A stretch of DNA of 64,000 bases from Chloroflexi bacterium RBG_13_51_36 (GTDB taxonomy: Bacteria; Chloroflexota; Dehalococcoidia; GIF9; AB-539-J10): the NCBI GenBank assembly GCA_001796515.1, contig MGMS01000009.1:28054-92053 (forward strand), written 5' to 3'. Numbering within the stretch: the stretch's first letter is position 1; the number at the start of each line of letters is the position of its first letter. Made by a program: the position numbers and the translations under genes. The notes below the pieces were generated by a model, which was given only the letters and a program-made list of their open reading frames with translations, made no database searches and was not told the origin of the DNA. Below, piece by piece: positions 17,215 to 26,774 of the stretch.

Positions 17215-17287
17215 AGCCGTGCGAGACTCGAACTCGCGACACCCTGATTAAAAGTCAGGTGCTCTACCAACTGAGCTAACGGCCCAT
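17215..17287 (-). tRNA. tRNA-Lys (anticodon TTT)
   Basis: Reverse complement 'GGGCCGTTAGCTCAGTTGGTAGAGCACCTGACTTTTAATCAGGGTGTCGCGAGTTCGAGTCTCGCACGGCTCA'. Canonical D-loop, anticodon loop CTTTTAA and T-loop TTCGAGT. Acceptor stem has one G-U pair. No encoded CCA. Confidence 0.9.
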
Positions 17288-17310
17288 GATTCAGCGAAAC
17301 TATGTGCAGC

Positions 17311-17586
17311 CTATTTTTCTACTGACAGAAGATTGGAGATGTAGATGGCGAAGGCAGGATGAATGTCGCAGACAAATCCCCCATCCACCGCCTCCACAGA
17401 GAAGGTTACCCTGTTGGGCTTTCTGAGAGGATCGCCAAATTTATTAAGCCCCGTTTCATCCCAGGGCATGTTGTGGCCCAAGATTTCCAGTAGACCCTTG
17501 ACGTCCCTCGGGTCTTCTACTATAACTTCGAAGGGGAGCTGATGTGCCAACCCTGCCAACTGGCTATTATTTAACTTTATCCTCAT
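17311..17586 (-). CDS. hypothetical protein
   Basis: 91-aa ORF between tRNA-Lys and the tRNA-Gly fragment. No motif recognised. Confidence 0.3.
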   Translation of the reverse strand: MRIKLNNSQLAGLAHQLPFEVIVEDPRDVKGLLEILGHNMPWDETGLNKFGDPLRKPNRVTFSVEAVDGGFVCDIHPAFAIYISNLLSVEK

Positions 17587-17625
17587 CTTCTAATCCGCAT
17601 TCTCGTTGTTTGTAGATATCACCAC

Positions 17626-17668
17626 AGCGGGTGATGGGATTCGAACCCACGACGTCTTACTTGGGAAG
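17626..17668 (-). other. tRNA-Gly-like 3' fragment (anticodon loop to 3' end); att-type remnant
   Basis: Reverse complement 'CTTCCCAAGTAAGACGTCGTGGGTTCGAATCCCATCACCCGCT' has the CCC anticodon-loop half, a T-arm and an acceptor 3' strand. It has no 5' half or D-arm. It differs in T-arm and acceptor from the intact tRNA-Gly 730 bp away. Confidence 0.5.
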
Positions 17669-17920
17669 CGCATATTTGCAGGGAATGACTATTGACCTCC
17701 TAAGCCCCATAATTCATAGTATGTCAAAAATGGCGAAAATGTCAAGGCAAATGAGTGAGGGAGTGAAAACGTTAGAAGTCTCGGCTCATATCCCGTTTCG
17801 GAGACTTTATAGTGAGATGGTTTTAGTAGTATCGGAGGTTCTGAGCCCTGTATCGGAAGATTGTTGGTGAGTTTGACTCTGGGGCTGGTAGAGGTTACGA
17901 TAAGAGCAGGAAGAAAGAAC

Positions 17921-18319
17921 ATGGAATCTAGTGCTAATCGTAGGAGTGGGCTGCTTACCGCTGGTGGAGTACTGAGCATAATAGCAGGGGCATCTCAGAT
18001 AATCTTCGGACTGATAGTGCTGGGTTTAATGATAGGCTTTGCCATCTGGGGTGGATATAATCCTTTTCCACATATACCTTGGATGCCAGACAATCGGTTA
18101 GAGATTACGGTATATCCTTTGTTCCCAACGTGGCTCACTATTGTGGGAGTGCCTGCTCTAGCTTTAGGCATAGTGGCCATAATAGGCGGTATCTACGCCC
18201 TAAGAAGGAAGAGTTTTGGCTTGTCCTTAGCTGGGGCTATGTGCGCCCTGCCATCAGTCATTTTGGGAATACTGGCAGTTATCTTTGTATCACTGTCAAA
18301 GAAGGAATTTGAGGCATAG
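17921..18319 (+). CDS. hypothetical 4-TM membrane protein
   Basis: Start taken at 'MESSANRRSG'. Gly-rich TM helices. Sits between the tRNA-Gly fragment and the intact tRNA-Gly. Confidence 0.45.
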   Translation: MESSANRRSGLLTAGGVLSIIAGASQIIFGLIVLGLMIGFAIWGGYNPFPHIPWMPDNRLEITVYPLFPTWLTIVGVPALALGIVAIIGGIYALRRKSFGLSLAGAMCALPSVILGILAVIFVSLSKKEFEA

Positions 18320-18398
18320 AAATAGATGCGGAAGTGGCGGAATGGCAGGTGAAGCACTGGCGGTTGGCTGAGTGATTAGGATAGTTAGAAGGGAAGTG

Positions 18399-18470
18399 AG
18401 CGGGAGACGAGACTCGAACTCGCGACTCTCTGCTTGGGAAGCAGATGTTCTACCACTGAACTACTCCCGC
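18399..18470 (-). tRNA. tRNA-Gly (anticodon CCC)
   Basis: Reverse complement 'GCGGGAGTAGTTCAGTGGTAGAACATCTGCTTCCCAAGCAGAGAGTCGCGAGTTCGAGTCTCGTCTCCCGCT'. Anticodon stem TCTGC/GCAGA and loop TTCCCAA. Confidence 0.85.
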
Positions 18471-18533
18471 GTGAGTGCTGTAATGGCTATTGGTGGCGGA
18501 ATAGTTCATTATCAAATGGAATGAGCATTGATG

Positions 18534-19784
18534 TCAAGAATGAGTCGGCTCGGGTGGTATGAGCGTCAGCAGCTTCCTTACAATCTTAGGATATTTGGCA
18601 ATGAAGAGCAATTCATCTTCGATCAGGGGTTTTTGGGCCTCCACGTTAGCATACCTGGCTAATTCCAGAACCTCTTCAGCTTGCGTCGCGTTTTCGAATG
18701 ACACCTCGATTTTGCCCATTACGTGTTTGAAACCGGATATTCCGCTGTATTCTCCCGAGCATATCTCTCTGCCGGTTTCCACAAGCTCCGGTTCGCCTCT
18801 GCCTACTTCATCAAAGCTGTATAGCTCGTAGTTGTGGGGGTCCTTCAACACACCGTCAGCGTGAATACCGGATTCGTGGGCGAAGGCATTGGCTCCGACG
18901 CCCGGCTGGTTTATGGGGACCGGGACCTCAAAGGCGTAGCTAGCGAATCTGCTTATCTTCCAGGCCTTCTTGAGGTCTACGGGCTTGGCCAGTTGATATT
19001 TTTCGGCGAACCCCTTGGATTTGGTGACAGCCAGGACGGTGGCGACAAGGTCAGCATTGCCGGCCCTTTCTCCGATGCCGTTGATGGTGGTGTTGATGTA
19101 GGCATCTTGCCCACCGTCTATGGCCCCTTTAGCCCCGGCAATCGAATTGGCCACAGCCATGCCCAGGTCGCCATGACAATGGAGTTCGATGGGGATTCCG
19201 ACGTTCTCTGCGACAGTCCTGGTGCTTTGGTAGATGGTAAACGGGTTGTCATAGCCCAGGGTATCGCAATATCTAAATCGTTGAGCTCCATGTTCCTTGA
19301 CTGCGGAGGCGAATGTAATCAGGAAATCCGTATCGGTTCGGGACGCATCCTCGGCATTTACGCCTATGCTTTGAGTTCCGTGGGAGCGAGCGGCTTCCAA
19401 AGCATCGACCATCATGCTCACGACATCGTCCCGGCTCTTGGCGCCCTGGAATTTGCCCTGAATCATCTGGTCCGACGTGGAAATAGAAAGATTAACGTGC
19501 TGAAGTCCCGGGACAAGCTTGAAGGCCTTTTCAACATCATCTACGACGGCCCTTATCCACCCCCCCAGCCGAATGGGTTTCAGGACGCCCGTCTCGGCCA
19601 GTTCCAGGTTCGCCTGAAGATAGTATTGTTCGTGTCTGGTGGTCGGGAACCCAAATTCGGACTGAAAGACCCCCATTTCGTTGAGGTACATATTTATCAT
19701 GGTCTTTTCCAGCTTGGATAGACCGAGGTGTGCAGTCTGAACGCCGTCGCGATTGGTAACATCTATGAGATAAATCCCGGACAT
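18534..19784 (-). CDS. 2-isopropylmalate/homocitrate/citramalate synthase family protein (short form, no LeuA regulatory domain)
   Basis: 'LIDVTNRDGVQ' N-terminal DRE-TIM signature, 'HCHGDLGMAVANS' and 'HESGIHADG' metal-binding motifs. 416 aa. Confidence 0.8.
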   Translation of the reverse strand: MSGIYLIDVTNRDGVQTAHLGLSKLEKTMINMYLNEMGVFQSEFGFPTTRHEQYYLQANLELAETGVLKPIRLGGWIRAVVDDVEKAFKLVPGLQHVNLSISTSDQMIQGKFQGAKSRDDVVSMMVDALEAARSHGTQSIGVNAEDASRTDTDFLITFASAVKEHGAQRFRYCDTLGYDNPFTIYQSTRTVAENVGIPIELHCHGDLGMAVANSIAGAKGAIDGGQDAYINTTINGIGERAGNADLVATVLAVTKSKGFAEKYQLAKPVDLKKAWKISRFASYAFEVPVPINQPGVGANAFAHESGIHADGVLKDPHNYELYSFDEVGRGEPELVETGREICSGEYSGISGFKHVMGKIEVSFENATQAEEVLELARYANVEAQKPLIEDELLFIAKYPKIVRKLLTLIPPEPTHS

Positions 19785-20017
19785 CTTTGCCTCCCAGGAA
19801 GTGTGAGTACAACAACGATAGCATTATTCTTTCACGTTATCAAGTTCTGGCTGCGCTGGGTTTGTCTGTCTTCCGAACCTGAGAAGCAGCGCAAGGTCTG
19901 GATTCTTCGCTTCGCCGAGAATGACAGCAGGCAAAGGGCTCAGAAAGGCAAGAGGGCGTTACCAAAGGCTTATTCAGAACTTCCTTTATGTTCGTGCTTT
20001 CGATTATACTAAGAACG

Positions 20018-21055
20018 ATGACGACTAAAACAATAGAATGGCTTGATGGCAAGCTAAGAATATTGGACCAGAGCAGGCTTCCACGTGAGCAAATCTTCGC
20101 TGATCTGGATAATTACCACGATGTAGTCCTAGCTATTAAGGAAATGAAGGTCCGCGGGGCGCCGGCCATCGGGATCGTTGCTGCCTATGGGATAGCGCTG
20201 GGTGCAGCAGGCATTAAGACGACAAACAAGGATGATTTTCTCGCTCAGTTGAATCAGATTATGCAGGCCTTTGCCACCTCCAGACCTACTGCGGTCAACC
20301 TCTTTCAAGCAATCAGCAAGATGAAGAAGGCTGCTGAAGGAGATAGCGTCACTGAAGTTAGAAAGTCGCTTATCAATGAAGCAAGGCGGATTCACCAGGA
20401 AGAGATAAGCGCAACCGAGAAGCTCAGCCGGCTGGGAGCCAGACTCATCAGGGATGGATTCACCGTGCTTACTCATTGCAACGCCGGTTCTCTGGCCACC
20501 GCGGGTTATGGCACCGCCCTGGGCGTCATCAAAGCTGCTAGGGAGCAAGGAAAGAAAATGAGTGTCTTTGCCACGGAAACCCGTCCCCTTCTCCAGGGAG
20601 CCAGACTCACTACGTGGGAACTAATGCAGGAGGGCATCCCGGTGACTTTGATTACCGATTCCATGGCTGGCTATTTCATGAAGCGGGGAGAGATAGACTG
20701 CGTCATCGTGGGCGCCGACAGGATTGCGGCCAATGGCTATACTGCCAACAAGATCGGTACCTACGCTCTGGCGGTCCTTGCCAATGCCCACGGTATCCCG
20801 TTCTATGTCGCTGCTCCGACAAGCACCATTGACCTCTCCCTGACCAGTGGCTACCAGATTCCAATTGAAGAGCGAAGCCCTGAGGAAGTAACTCATATCC
20901 AGGGAGTAGCTATTGCTCCGGTGGGCGTGAAGGCAGCTAATCCGGCCTTCGACGTCACTCCCCCTAGTCATGTAACGGCCATAATCACTGAGAAGGGCAT
21001 AATAAGGGCGCCCTACACAGAAGGACTGAAAGAGGTAAGCTCCGGATCTTCATAG
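20018..21055 (+). CDS. mtnA: S-methyl-5-thioribose-1-phosphate isomerase / eIF-2B family
   Basis: 'VRGAPAIGIVAAYGIAL', 'THCNAGSLAT' and 'GADRIAANG' are eIF-2B/MtnA family signatures. Start moved to 'MTTKTIEWLDG'. Confidence 0.7.
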   Translation: MTTKTIEWLDGKLRILDQSRLPREQIFADLDNYHDVVLAIKEMKVRGAPAIGIVAAYGIALGAAGIKTTNKDDFLAQLNQIMQAFATSRPTAVNLFQAISKMKKAAEGDSVTEVRKSLINEARRIHQEEISATEKLSRLGARLIRDGFTVLTHCNAGSLATAGYGTALGVIKAAREQGKKMSVFATETRPLLQGARLTTWELMQEGIPVTLITDSMAGYFMKRGEIDCVIVGADRIAANGYTANKIGTYALAVLANAHGIPFYVAAPTSTIDLSLTSGYQIPIEERSPEEVTHIQGVAIAPVGVKAANPAFDVTPPSHVTAIITEKGIIRAPYTEGLKEVSSGSS

Positions 21056-21245
21056 TCCAGGTCTTCAATGGTCGTGCAGCACAAAGACAAAGCCGTGCAC
21101 CTCGTTTGCTTACAAGGCAATTTTGAGGGGCAGGGCTTGTCCCTACCGATTCTTTCTTATTGGTGGATATCTCACTAAGCTTTGAAGGGAAAATGTTGCT
21201 TTACCTTTCAACAGTTGCAGTGGTAAAATAGTGTAAAGGATAGCG

Positions 21246-21998
21246 ATGTCAGGACATTCTAAGTGGGCAAATATTAAGCGGCAGAAGGGAGCGGCTGATG
21301 CGAAACGCGGGCAGGTATTTACCAGGCTTGCTCGAGAAATCATAGTTGCCGTACGTCAGGGCGGGGTCAGTCTGGATAGTAATTTCCGATTGCGTTTGGC
21401 AGTCCAGAAAGCCCGAGATAGCAACATGCCTTCGGATAATATAGAGAGGGCCATAAAGAGAGGCAGCGGTGAGGCTGGGGAAGCAGCGCTGACCGAAATA
21501 AGGTTTGAAGGCTATGGGCCGAGCGGCATAGCAGTTCTGGTGGACGCCCTGACTGATAACCGCAATCGCACTGTCCAGGATGTGCGCCGTATGTTCACCC
21601 GCCACGGTGGCAATCTGGGTGAGACTGGCTGTGTCTCCTGGCTCTTTGAGAATAGAGGAGTAATCACTGTGGAAAGCGATGCCTCAGATGCCGAAGGAAT
21701 AGTGCTGCGGGCTATTGATGCCGGAGCCGAAGATGTCAAGACCGATAATAGCTTTGTGGAGATTTACACGCAACCACAGGATTTAGAGAGGATAAGGAAG
21801 GTCATTGAAGAGAAAGAACATGTGGTTTCGGCAGAGGTGTCGCTGACACCCAAGACTACAGTGATACTGGACGAAAATAAAGCAGTTCAGGCCTTGAATT
21901 TCCTCGACGAGCTGGAAGCCTTAGACGACGTACAAAATGTCGTCTCCAATCTCGATTTTTCGGATACTACCCTAGAAAGGCTGCGCAGTCAAAGCTAA
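21246..21998 (+). CDS. yebC: YebC/PmpR family DNA-binding transcriptional regulator
   Basis: 'MSGHSKWANIKRQKGAADAKRGQVFTRLAREI' is the canonical N-terminus. 250 aa. Confidence 0.9.
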   Translation: MSGHSKWANIKRQKGAADAKRGQVFTRLAREIIVAVRQGGVSLDSNFRLRLAVQKARDSNMPSDNIERAIKRGSGEAGEAALTEIRFEGYGPSGIAVLVDALTDNRNRTVQDVRRMFTRHGGNLGETGCVSWLFENRGVITVESDASDAEGIVLRAIDAGAEDVKTDNSFVEIYTQPQDLERIRKVIEEKEHVVSAEVSLTPKTTVILDENKAVQALNFLDELEALDDVQNVVSNLDFSDTTLERLRSQS

Positions 21999-21999
21999 T

Positions 22000-22500
22000 A
22001 TGCGTATTCTCGGGGTTGATCCTGGTACTATAAACCTAGGATACGGTGTGGTGGATGGCGAAGAGGAGATGCGTATGGTGGATTGCGGAGTAATCAAGTT
22101 GTCGCGTAGACTTTCCATGGAGGAAAGGCTGCGCTCTCTTTACCACGAATTAAGCAAAATCATCGCCAGGTATCAGCCCGGAGAAGTGGCCATTGAAGAG
22201 CCTTTCATCGGCCACAACGTAAAATCAGCGTTCGCTATCGGCAAAGCACAGGCTATAGCTATCCTGGCAGCAGTCAACCAGGAATTGCCCGTCTACTATT
22301 ACTCGCCAGCCAAGGTAAAGCAGCAAATAACCAGCTATGGACAAAGCGACAAGCAACAGGTTCAAGAAATGGTAAGAGTCCAGCTCGGGCTCGCTGAGCT
22401 ACCTCAGCCTAGCGATGCTGCGGATGCTCTGGCTGTAGCTATGTGCCACATCCAGCAAAGGCACCTTAGTCACTGGCTCACCGAACATACGCCGGAATGA
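22000..22500 (+). CDS. ruvC: crossover junction endodeoxyribonuclease RuvC
   Basis: 'MRILGVDPGTINLGYGVV' and a conserved acidic catalytic set. Follows yebC as in many bacteria. Confidence 0.9.
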   Translation: MRILGVDPGTINLGYGVVDGEEEMRMVDCGVIKLSRRLSMEERLRSLYHELSKIIARYQPGEVAIEEPFIGHNVKSAFAIGKAQAIAILAAVNQELPVYYYSPAKVKQQITSYGQSDKQQVQEMVRVQLGLAELPQPSDAADALAVAMCHIQQRHLSHWLTEHTPE

Positions 22501-23078
22501 TAGCTACATTAGAAGGAGTACTGGAGTATCGCGGTACCGACTCCGTTATCATTAATGTCGGCGGAATAGGTTTTCTGTTGTATGTCCCCAGCTCAACTTT
22601 GGGCCGATTAGGAGCTGGCAAGGGCAAGGTCTTCCTCTATACCCATCTCCACGTGAGAGAGGACAATATTTCCCTTTACGGTTTTGCCTCAAGCGAGGAA
22701 TTAGCTTTATTTAAGAACCTTGTTTCCGTCTCCGGAATTGGGGCCAAGTTGGCTTTAGCTCTACTCTCGGCGTGGAATCCCGAGCGACTTGTGGTGGCCA
22801 TAACCAGCGGCGATATCGATCTACTGAGCCAGACCCCGGGCATCGGCAAGAAAATGGCCGGCCGCCTCGTTGTCGAACTGAAGGGTAAATTGGAGAAGGA
22901 GTGGAAAGAGATAGGCCTGCCCCTGGCCCCGGAGAATACCGACATCATAGCTGCTTTGACTGGCCTGGGCTACTCTGTGGCGGAAGCCAGTAAAGCTATC
23001 TCCAGGCTTCCGAATTCTGAAGGGCTGAGCTTAGAAGAGAAGCTTAAGATGGCACTGCAGCAGATGGCAAAGGGATAG
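22497..23078 (+). CDS. ruvA: Holliday junction DNA helicase RuvA
   Basis: 'MIATLEGVLE...VGGIGFLLYVP' OB-fold N-terminus and HhH motifs 'VSGIGAKLALALL' and 'PGIGKKMAGRLVVEL'. 4-nt overlap with ruvC. Confidence 0.9.
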   Translation: MIATLEGVLEYRGTDSVIINVGGIGFLLYVPSSTLGRLGAGKGKVFLYTHLHVREDNISLYGFASSEELALFKNLVSVSGIGAKLALALLSAWNPERLVVAITSGDIDLLSQTPGIGKKMAGRLVVELKGKLEKEWKEIGLPLAPENTDIIAALTGLGYSVAEASKAISRLPNSEGLSLEEKLKMALQQMAKG

Positions 23079-23254
23079 GTTGGCAGAGGCAGAGCCAAGG
23101 AAGAAAGGCATGATTGCTCTTCCTTCGAAGCTGATGTTGCATGATATAATGAGGTGTTGTTTTTCATTTTTCCTGCCCGAGCGGACAACGAGGCAGATTT
23201 GGCCGAAATAGAATGTGCAAATGCGACCATACTTCGTGAGTTGGAGAGGGAACT

Positions 23255-25678
23255 ATGAAGTTTGTGAAATGGTTTGATGAGATCGGAGCAGAAGACGTAG
23301 CTTTGGTCGGTGGTAAGAATGCGTCTCTTGGTGAAATGATAAGAAGTCTGGGCAAGAAAGGGGTGAATATTCCGCCCGGGTTCGCCATTACTGCTGAAGC
23401 GTACAAGTATCTAGTGAAGAGAGCAGGCATTAGGCAGAGAATCAAAGGCATTTTAGCGGATCTGGATACACATGATATGGAGGATTTGGCGGACAGAGGC
23501 GAGAAGCTGCGGAATTTGATAGCACATTCTCGCTGCCCAAGAGACCTGGAAGAGGAAATAGTAATTTCCTATCGGAAGCTGGAAGAGAGATTTGGAAAGA
23601 GTGTGGATGTTGCCGTGAGAAGTAGTGCCACTGCCGAGGATCTGCCTACAGCCTCGTTTGCGGGACAGCAAACGAGTTACTTGAACGTGCGCGGAGAAGG
23701 TGATCTCCTGGAAAGGGTGATGGATTGCTTTGCATCCTTGTTCACAAACCGGGCGATATCCTACCGGGTGGATAAGGGATTCGACCATCTAAGTGTCTAC
23801 GTATCAGTGGGAGTGCAAAAGATGGTGCGGTCGGATCTAGCCTGCGCCGGTGTCATGTTTTCCATAGATACAGATTCAGGTTTCCGGGATGTGGTCTACA
23901 TAACTGCTGCCTATGGTCTGGGAGAAAATGTGGTACAGGGAATTGTTGACCCGGACCAGTTCTACGTTTTCAAGCCCACTCTGAAGAAGGGTTTCAGACC
24001 CATTGTCGAGAAGAAGCTGGGCCTGAAGGATAATAGATTGGTCTACATGAGACATGGGTCCGGAGCGGAGCAGAAACAGGTCAAGGTTGAAGAGCAAAGA
24101 CAGTTCGCATTAAATGACGATGAGATCTTGACTCTGGCCAGATGGGCTTGCATTATAGAAGAACACTATGGCGTACCCATGGATATTGAATGGGCAAAAG
24201 ATGGAACAAACGGGGAACTTTTTGTAGTCCAAGCCCGGCCAGAGACGGTGCATTCGCAGGTAGACTTAACTTCACTGAGGACCTACGTGCTTGAAGAGAG
24301 AGGGAGATTACTGGCTAGAGGGGAGCCGGTGGGTACAAAGATAGGGCAAGGTGAAGTACATGTAATAGAAGATAGCAGTGAAATCCAAAAATTCAAGAGC
24401 GGTCAGGTCCTGGTCGCTGATATGACAGACCCCGACTGGGAACCGATAATGAAGATTGCCAGTGGCATAGTCACCAACAAAGGTGGCAGGACCTGTCATG
24501 CAGCCATAGTTAGTCGTGAGCTCGGCGTACCATGTGTAATCAGCACGGGCAATGGGACGGAAGTCTTGGAGGAGGGACAAGAGGTCACGATAAATTGCTC
24601 AGGGGGTGAGGGCAGGGTATATGAAGGGAGACTGAAATACAGAATAGATGAGGTAGAAGTGACTAAGGTCCCCAGGCCCAGGACCAGAATAATGATGAAT
24701 TTCGGCATTCCTGGCGGTGCGTTTATTCAAAGCCAAATTCCCAACGACGGTGTAGGTCTGGCTCGGGAGGAGTTCATCATTAACTCCTACATCGGCATAC
24801 ATCCGATGGCGCTAATACAATATGATGAGCTGAAGAAAGCAGCGAGCGGAGACGAGAAGCTGACAAAGGTTATCAAAGAGATAGATCAGAAGAGCGTGCC
24901 GTATAGGGACAAGAAGGGGTTTTTCATTGACAATTTGGCGATGGGGATAGCGAAAATAGCTGCGGGATTCCATCCCAACGATGTCATCGTTCGGTTTTCT
25001 GATTTCAGAACAAATGAGTATGCCAATTTGGTCGGGGGATATCGTTACGAGCCCAAGGAGAGAAATCCCATGCTTGGCTGGAGGGGAGCATCTCGCTACT
25101 ATGATAAGAGATTCAAGCCCGCCTTTGGTTTGGAATGCCTGGCTATAAGGAAAGTGAGAGATGAGATGGGCCTGACCAACGTCAAGGTGATGATTCCTTT
25201 TTGCCGGACGCCGGAAGAGGGGATGAAGGTCATGGAAGCCATGGAAGAGTTTGGCCTAAGGCGAGGAGAAAATGGATTGGAGGTGTATGTGATGTGCGAG
25301 ATACCATCAAATGTGATACTGGCTGAAGAATTCGCCGATGTATTTGATGGATTCAGTATAGGGTCGAACGATTTAACGCAGCTAACTCTTGGTTTGGATA
25401 GAGACTCCGAACTCGTGGCACACATATTTGATGAAAGAAATGAAGCAGTGAAACGATTGGTAAAGCAACTCATATATGCTGCACACCGCCACAAACCGAG
25501 GAGAAAAGTGGGGATATGCGGGCAGGCGCCGAGTGATTTCCCCGAATTTGCCGAGTTCCTGGTTGAATGCGGGATAGATTCAATGTCTCTAAATCCGGAT
25601 GTGGTGCTGGCAACGAGGTTGAATATCGCAGAGGTGGAGAAAAGAATAAAGTCAAAGACCAGAAGAAAGCAGAAGTGA
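23255..25678 (+). CDS. ppsA: phosphoenolpyruvate synthase (pyruvate, water dikinase)
   Basis: 807 aa. 'GGKNASLGEM' ATP-grasp N-terminus, phospho-His region 'GGRTCHAAIVSRELGVPCV', C-terminal PEP-utilising TIM barrel. Confidence 0.9.
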   Translation: MKFVKWFDEIGAEDVALVGGKNASLGEMIRSLGKKGVNIPPGFAITAEAYKYLVKRAGIRQRIKGILADLDTHDMEDLADRGEKLRNLIAHSRCPRDLEEEIVISYRKLEERFGKSVDVAVRSSATAEDLPTASFAGQQTSYLNVRGEGDLLERVMDCFASLFTNRAISYRVDKGFDHLSVYVSVGVQKMVRSDLACAGVMFSIDTDSGFRDVVYITAAYGLGENVVQGIVDPDQFYVFKPTLKKGFRPIVEKKLGLKDNRLVYMRHGSGAEQKQVKVEEQRQFALNDDEILTLARWACIIEEHYGVPMDIEWAKDGTNGELFVVQARPETVHSQVDLTSLRTYVLEERGRLLARGEPVGTKIGQGEVHVIEDSSEIQKFKSGQVLVADMTDPDWEPIMKIASGIVTNKGGRTCHAAIVSRELGVPCVISTGNGTEVLEEGQEVTINCSGGEGRVYEGRLKYRIDEVEVTKVPRPRTRIMMNFGIPGGAFIQSQIPNDGVGLAREEFIINSYIGIHPMALIQYDELKKAASGDEKLTKVIKEIDQKSVPYRDKKGFFIDNLAMGIAKIAAGFHPNDVIVRFSDFRTNEYANLVGGYRYEPKERNPMLGWRGASRYYDKRFKPAFGLECLAIRKVRDEMGLTNVKVMIPFCRTPEEGMKVMEAMEEFGLRRGENGLEVYVMCEIPSNVILAEEFADVFDGFSIGSNDLTQLTLGLDRDSELVAHIFDERNEAVKRLVKQLIYAAHRHKPRRKVGICGQAPSDFPEFAEFLVECGIDSMSLNPDVVLATRLNIAEVEKRIKSKTRRKQK

Positions 25679-25736
25679 GGGTGCTGCTGAAGCAGACTAA
25701 GGATTTTGCGTTGACCTGCAATACTATAGTGATTCC

Positions 25737-26774
25737 ATGGTTAACAAGCCTCATATACGCGAACAGACAGAAGAAAGAGAAGAAAGCCTTTCCCCCTGCG
25801 CCGCCAAGAGCAAGTTCAGTCGCGGCCGGCTGAAGTGGGAAGAACCCTGTCCGATAAGGACTAGTTTCCAACGTGACCGTGACCGTATCATCTACTCCAA
25901 GGCCTTCCGCCGGCTGAAACATAAGACACAGGTTTTCATCGCCCCGATGGGTGACCACTATGTGACCAGGCTCACTCACACTCTGGAGGTATCTCAAATA
26001 GCCAGGACTATAGCTCGGGCTCTAAATCTCAACGAAGACCTGGCCGAGGCCATCGCTCTCGGACATGATTTGGGGCATACTCCTTTCGGTCATATAGGCG
26101 AGGAGGTGTTGAATGGGTTGTATCCTGGTGGCTTCAGGCATAATGAGCAAAGCCTGAGAGTAGTTGATTTACTGGAAAGGGAGGGACATGGGCTGAATCT
26201 CACATGGGAAGTGCGAGATGGTATTCTTAATCATTCCAAGGGACAGGTTGATATCCTGGGAGACGGATGGGGAGATGTTCACACTCTGGAGGGACAAATA
26301 TGCAAGATAGCTGATATCGTGGCCTATGTTAACCACGACGTCGAAGATGCTATTAGAGCCGGTATTATCTCCCAGAAGGATCTGCCCGAGGCGGTAGCAG
26401 CGGGTCTGGGACATACGCATTCACAGCGAATTAATACCCTGGTTTGTGATATCATAAATTGCTCCTGGCCTGTTAGAGGCAATGGCAATTTGACTAATCC
26501 AACCATAGCCATGAGTCCCGAAATCATTGGAGCTACTAACATATTCCGCCAGTTTCTATTTGACAGGGTATACCATCCCAGTTTGGCTGGCGAAGATGCA
26601 GTAAAAGCGAGGCAGGTATTGACTTTGTTATATTCTTACTTTCTAGCGCATGAGGACGGATTGCCTCGGGAATTTGCCTGTTTGCCGGACGATGAAGGGC
26701 GCAAAGTGATTGATTACATTGCAGGGATGACCGACCAATATGCACTGAGACTGGCTGACGAGATATCTCGATGA
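25737..26774 (+). CDS. dgt: dGTP triphosphohydrolase-like HD-domain protein
   Basis: 'FQRDRDRIIYSKAFRRLKHKTQVF' and 'HTLEVSQIARTIA...ALGHDLGHTPFGH' are the dGTPase family HD motif. Confidence 0.85.
   Translation: MVNKPHIREQTEEREESLSPCAAKSKFSRGRLKWEEPCPIRTSFQRDRDRIIYSKAFRRLKHKTQVFIAPMGDHYVTRLTHTLEVSQIARTIARALNLNEDLAEAIALGHDLGHTPFGHIGEEVLNGLYPGGFRHNEQSLRVVDLLEREGHGLNLTWEVRDGILNHSKGQVDILGDGWGDVHTLEGQICKIADIVAYVNHDVEDAIRAGIISQKDLPEAVAAGLGHTHSQRINTLVCDIINCSWPVRGNGNLTNPTIAMSPEIIGATNIFRQFLFDRVYHPSLAGEDAVKARQVLTLLYSYFLAHEDGLPREFACLPDDEGRKVIDYIAGMTDQYALRLADEISR

Larger units (their letters stand above)
12321..17256. mobile_element. ~4.9 kb degenerate tRNA-Lys-integrated element (int', xis, HUH rep, LuxR regulator, PHP-AlbA_2 cargo)
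   Basis: Bounded by a 42-bp perfect direct repeat of the tRNA 3' half. It contains a tyrosine integrase remnant next to the tRNA, excisionase HTH genes and a rolling-circle Rep. It is visibly more AT-rich than the flanks. Confidence 0.75.

Noticed and set aside
18834-19721. 295-aa plus-strand ORF antisense to the isopropylmalate/homocitrate synthase gene
   Set aside because: The minus-strand gene has unmistakable synthase motifs. The plus-strand ORF is low-complexity (G/D/V-rich) with no RBS.
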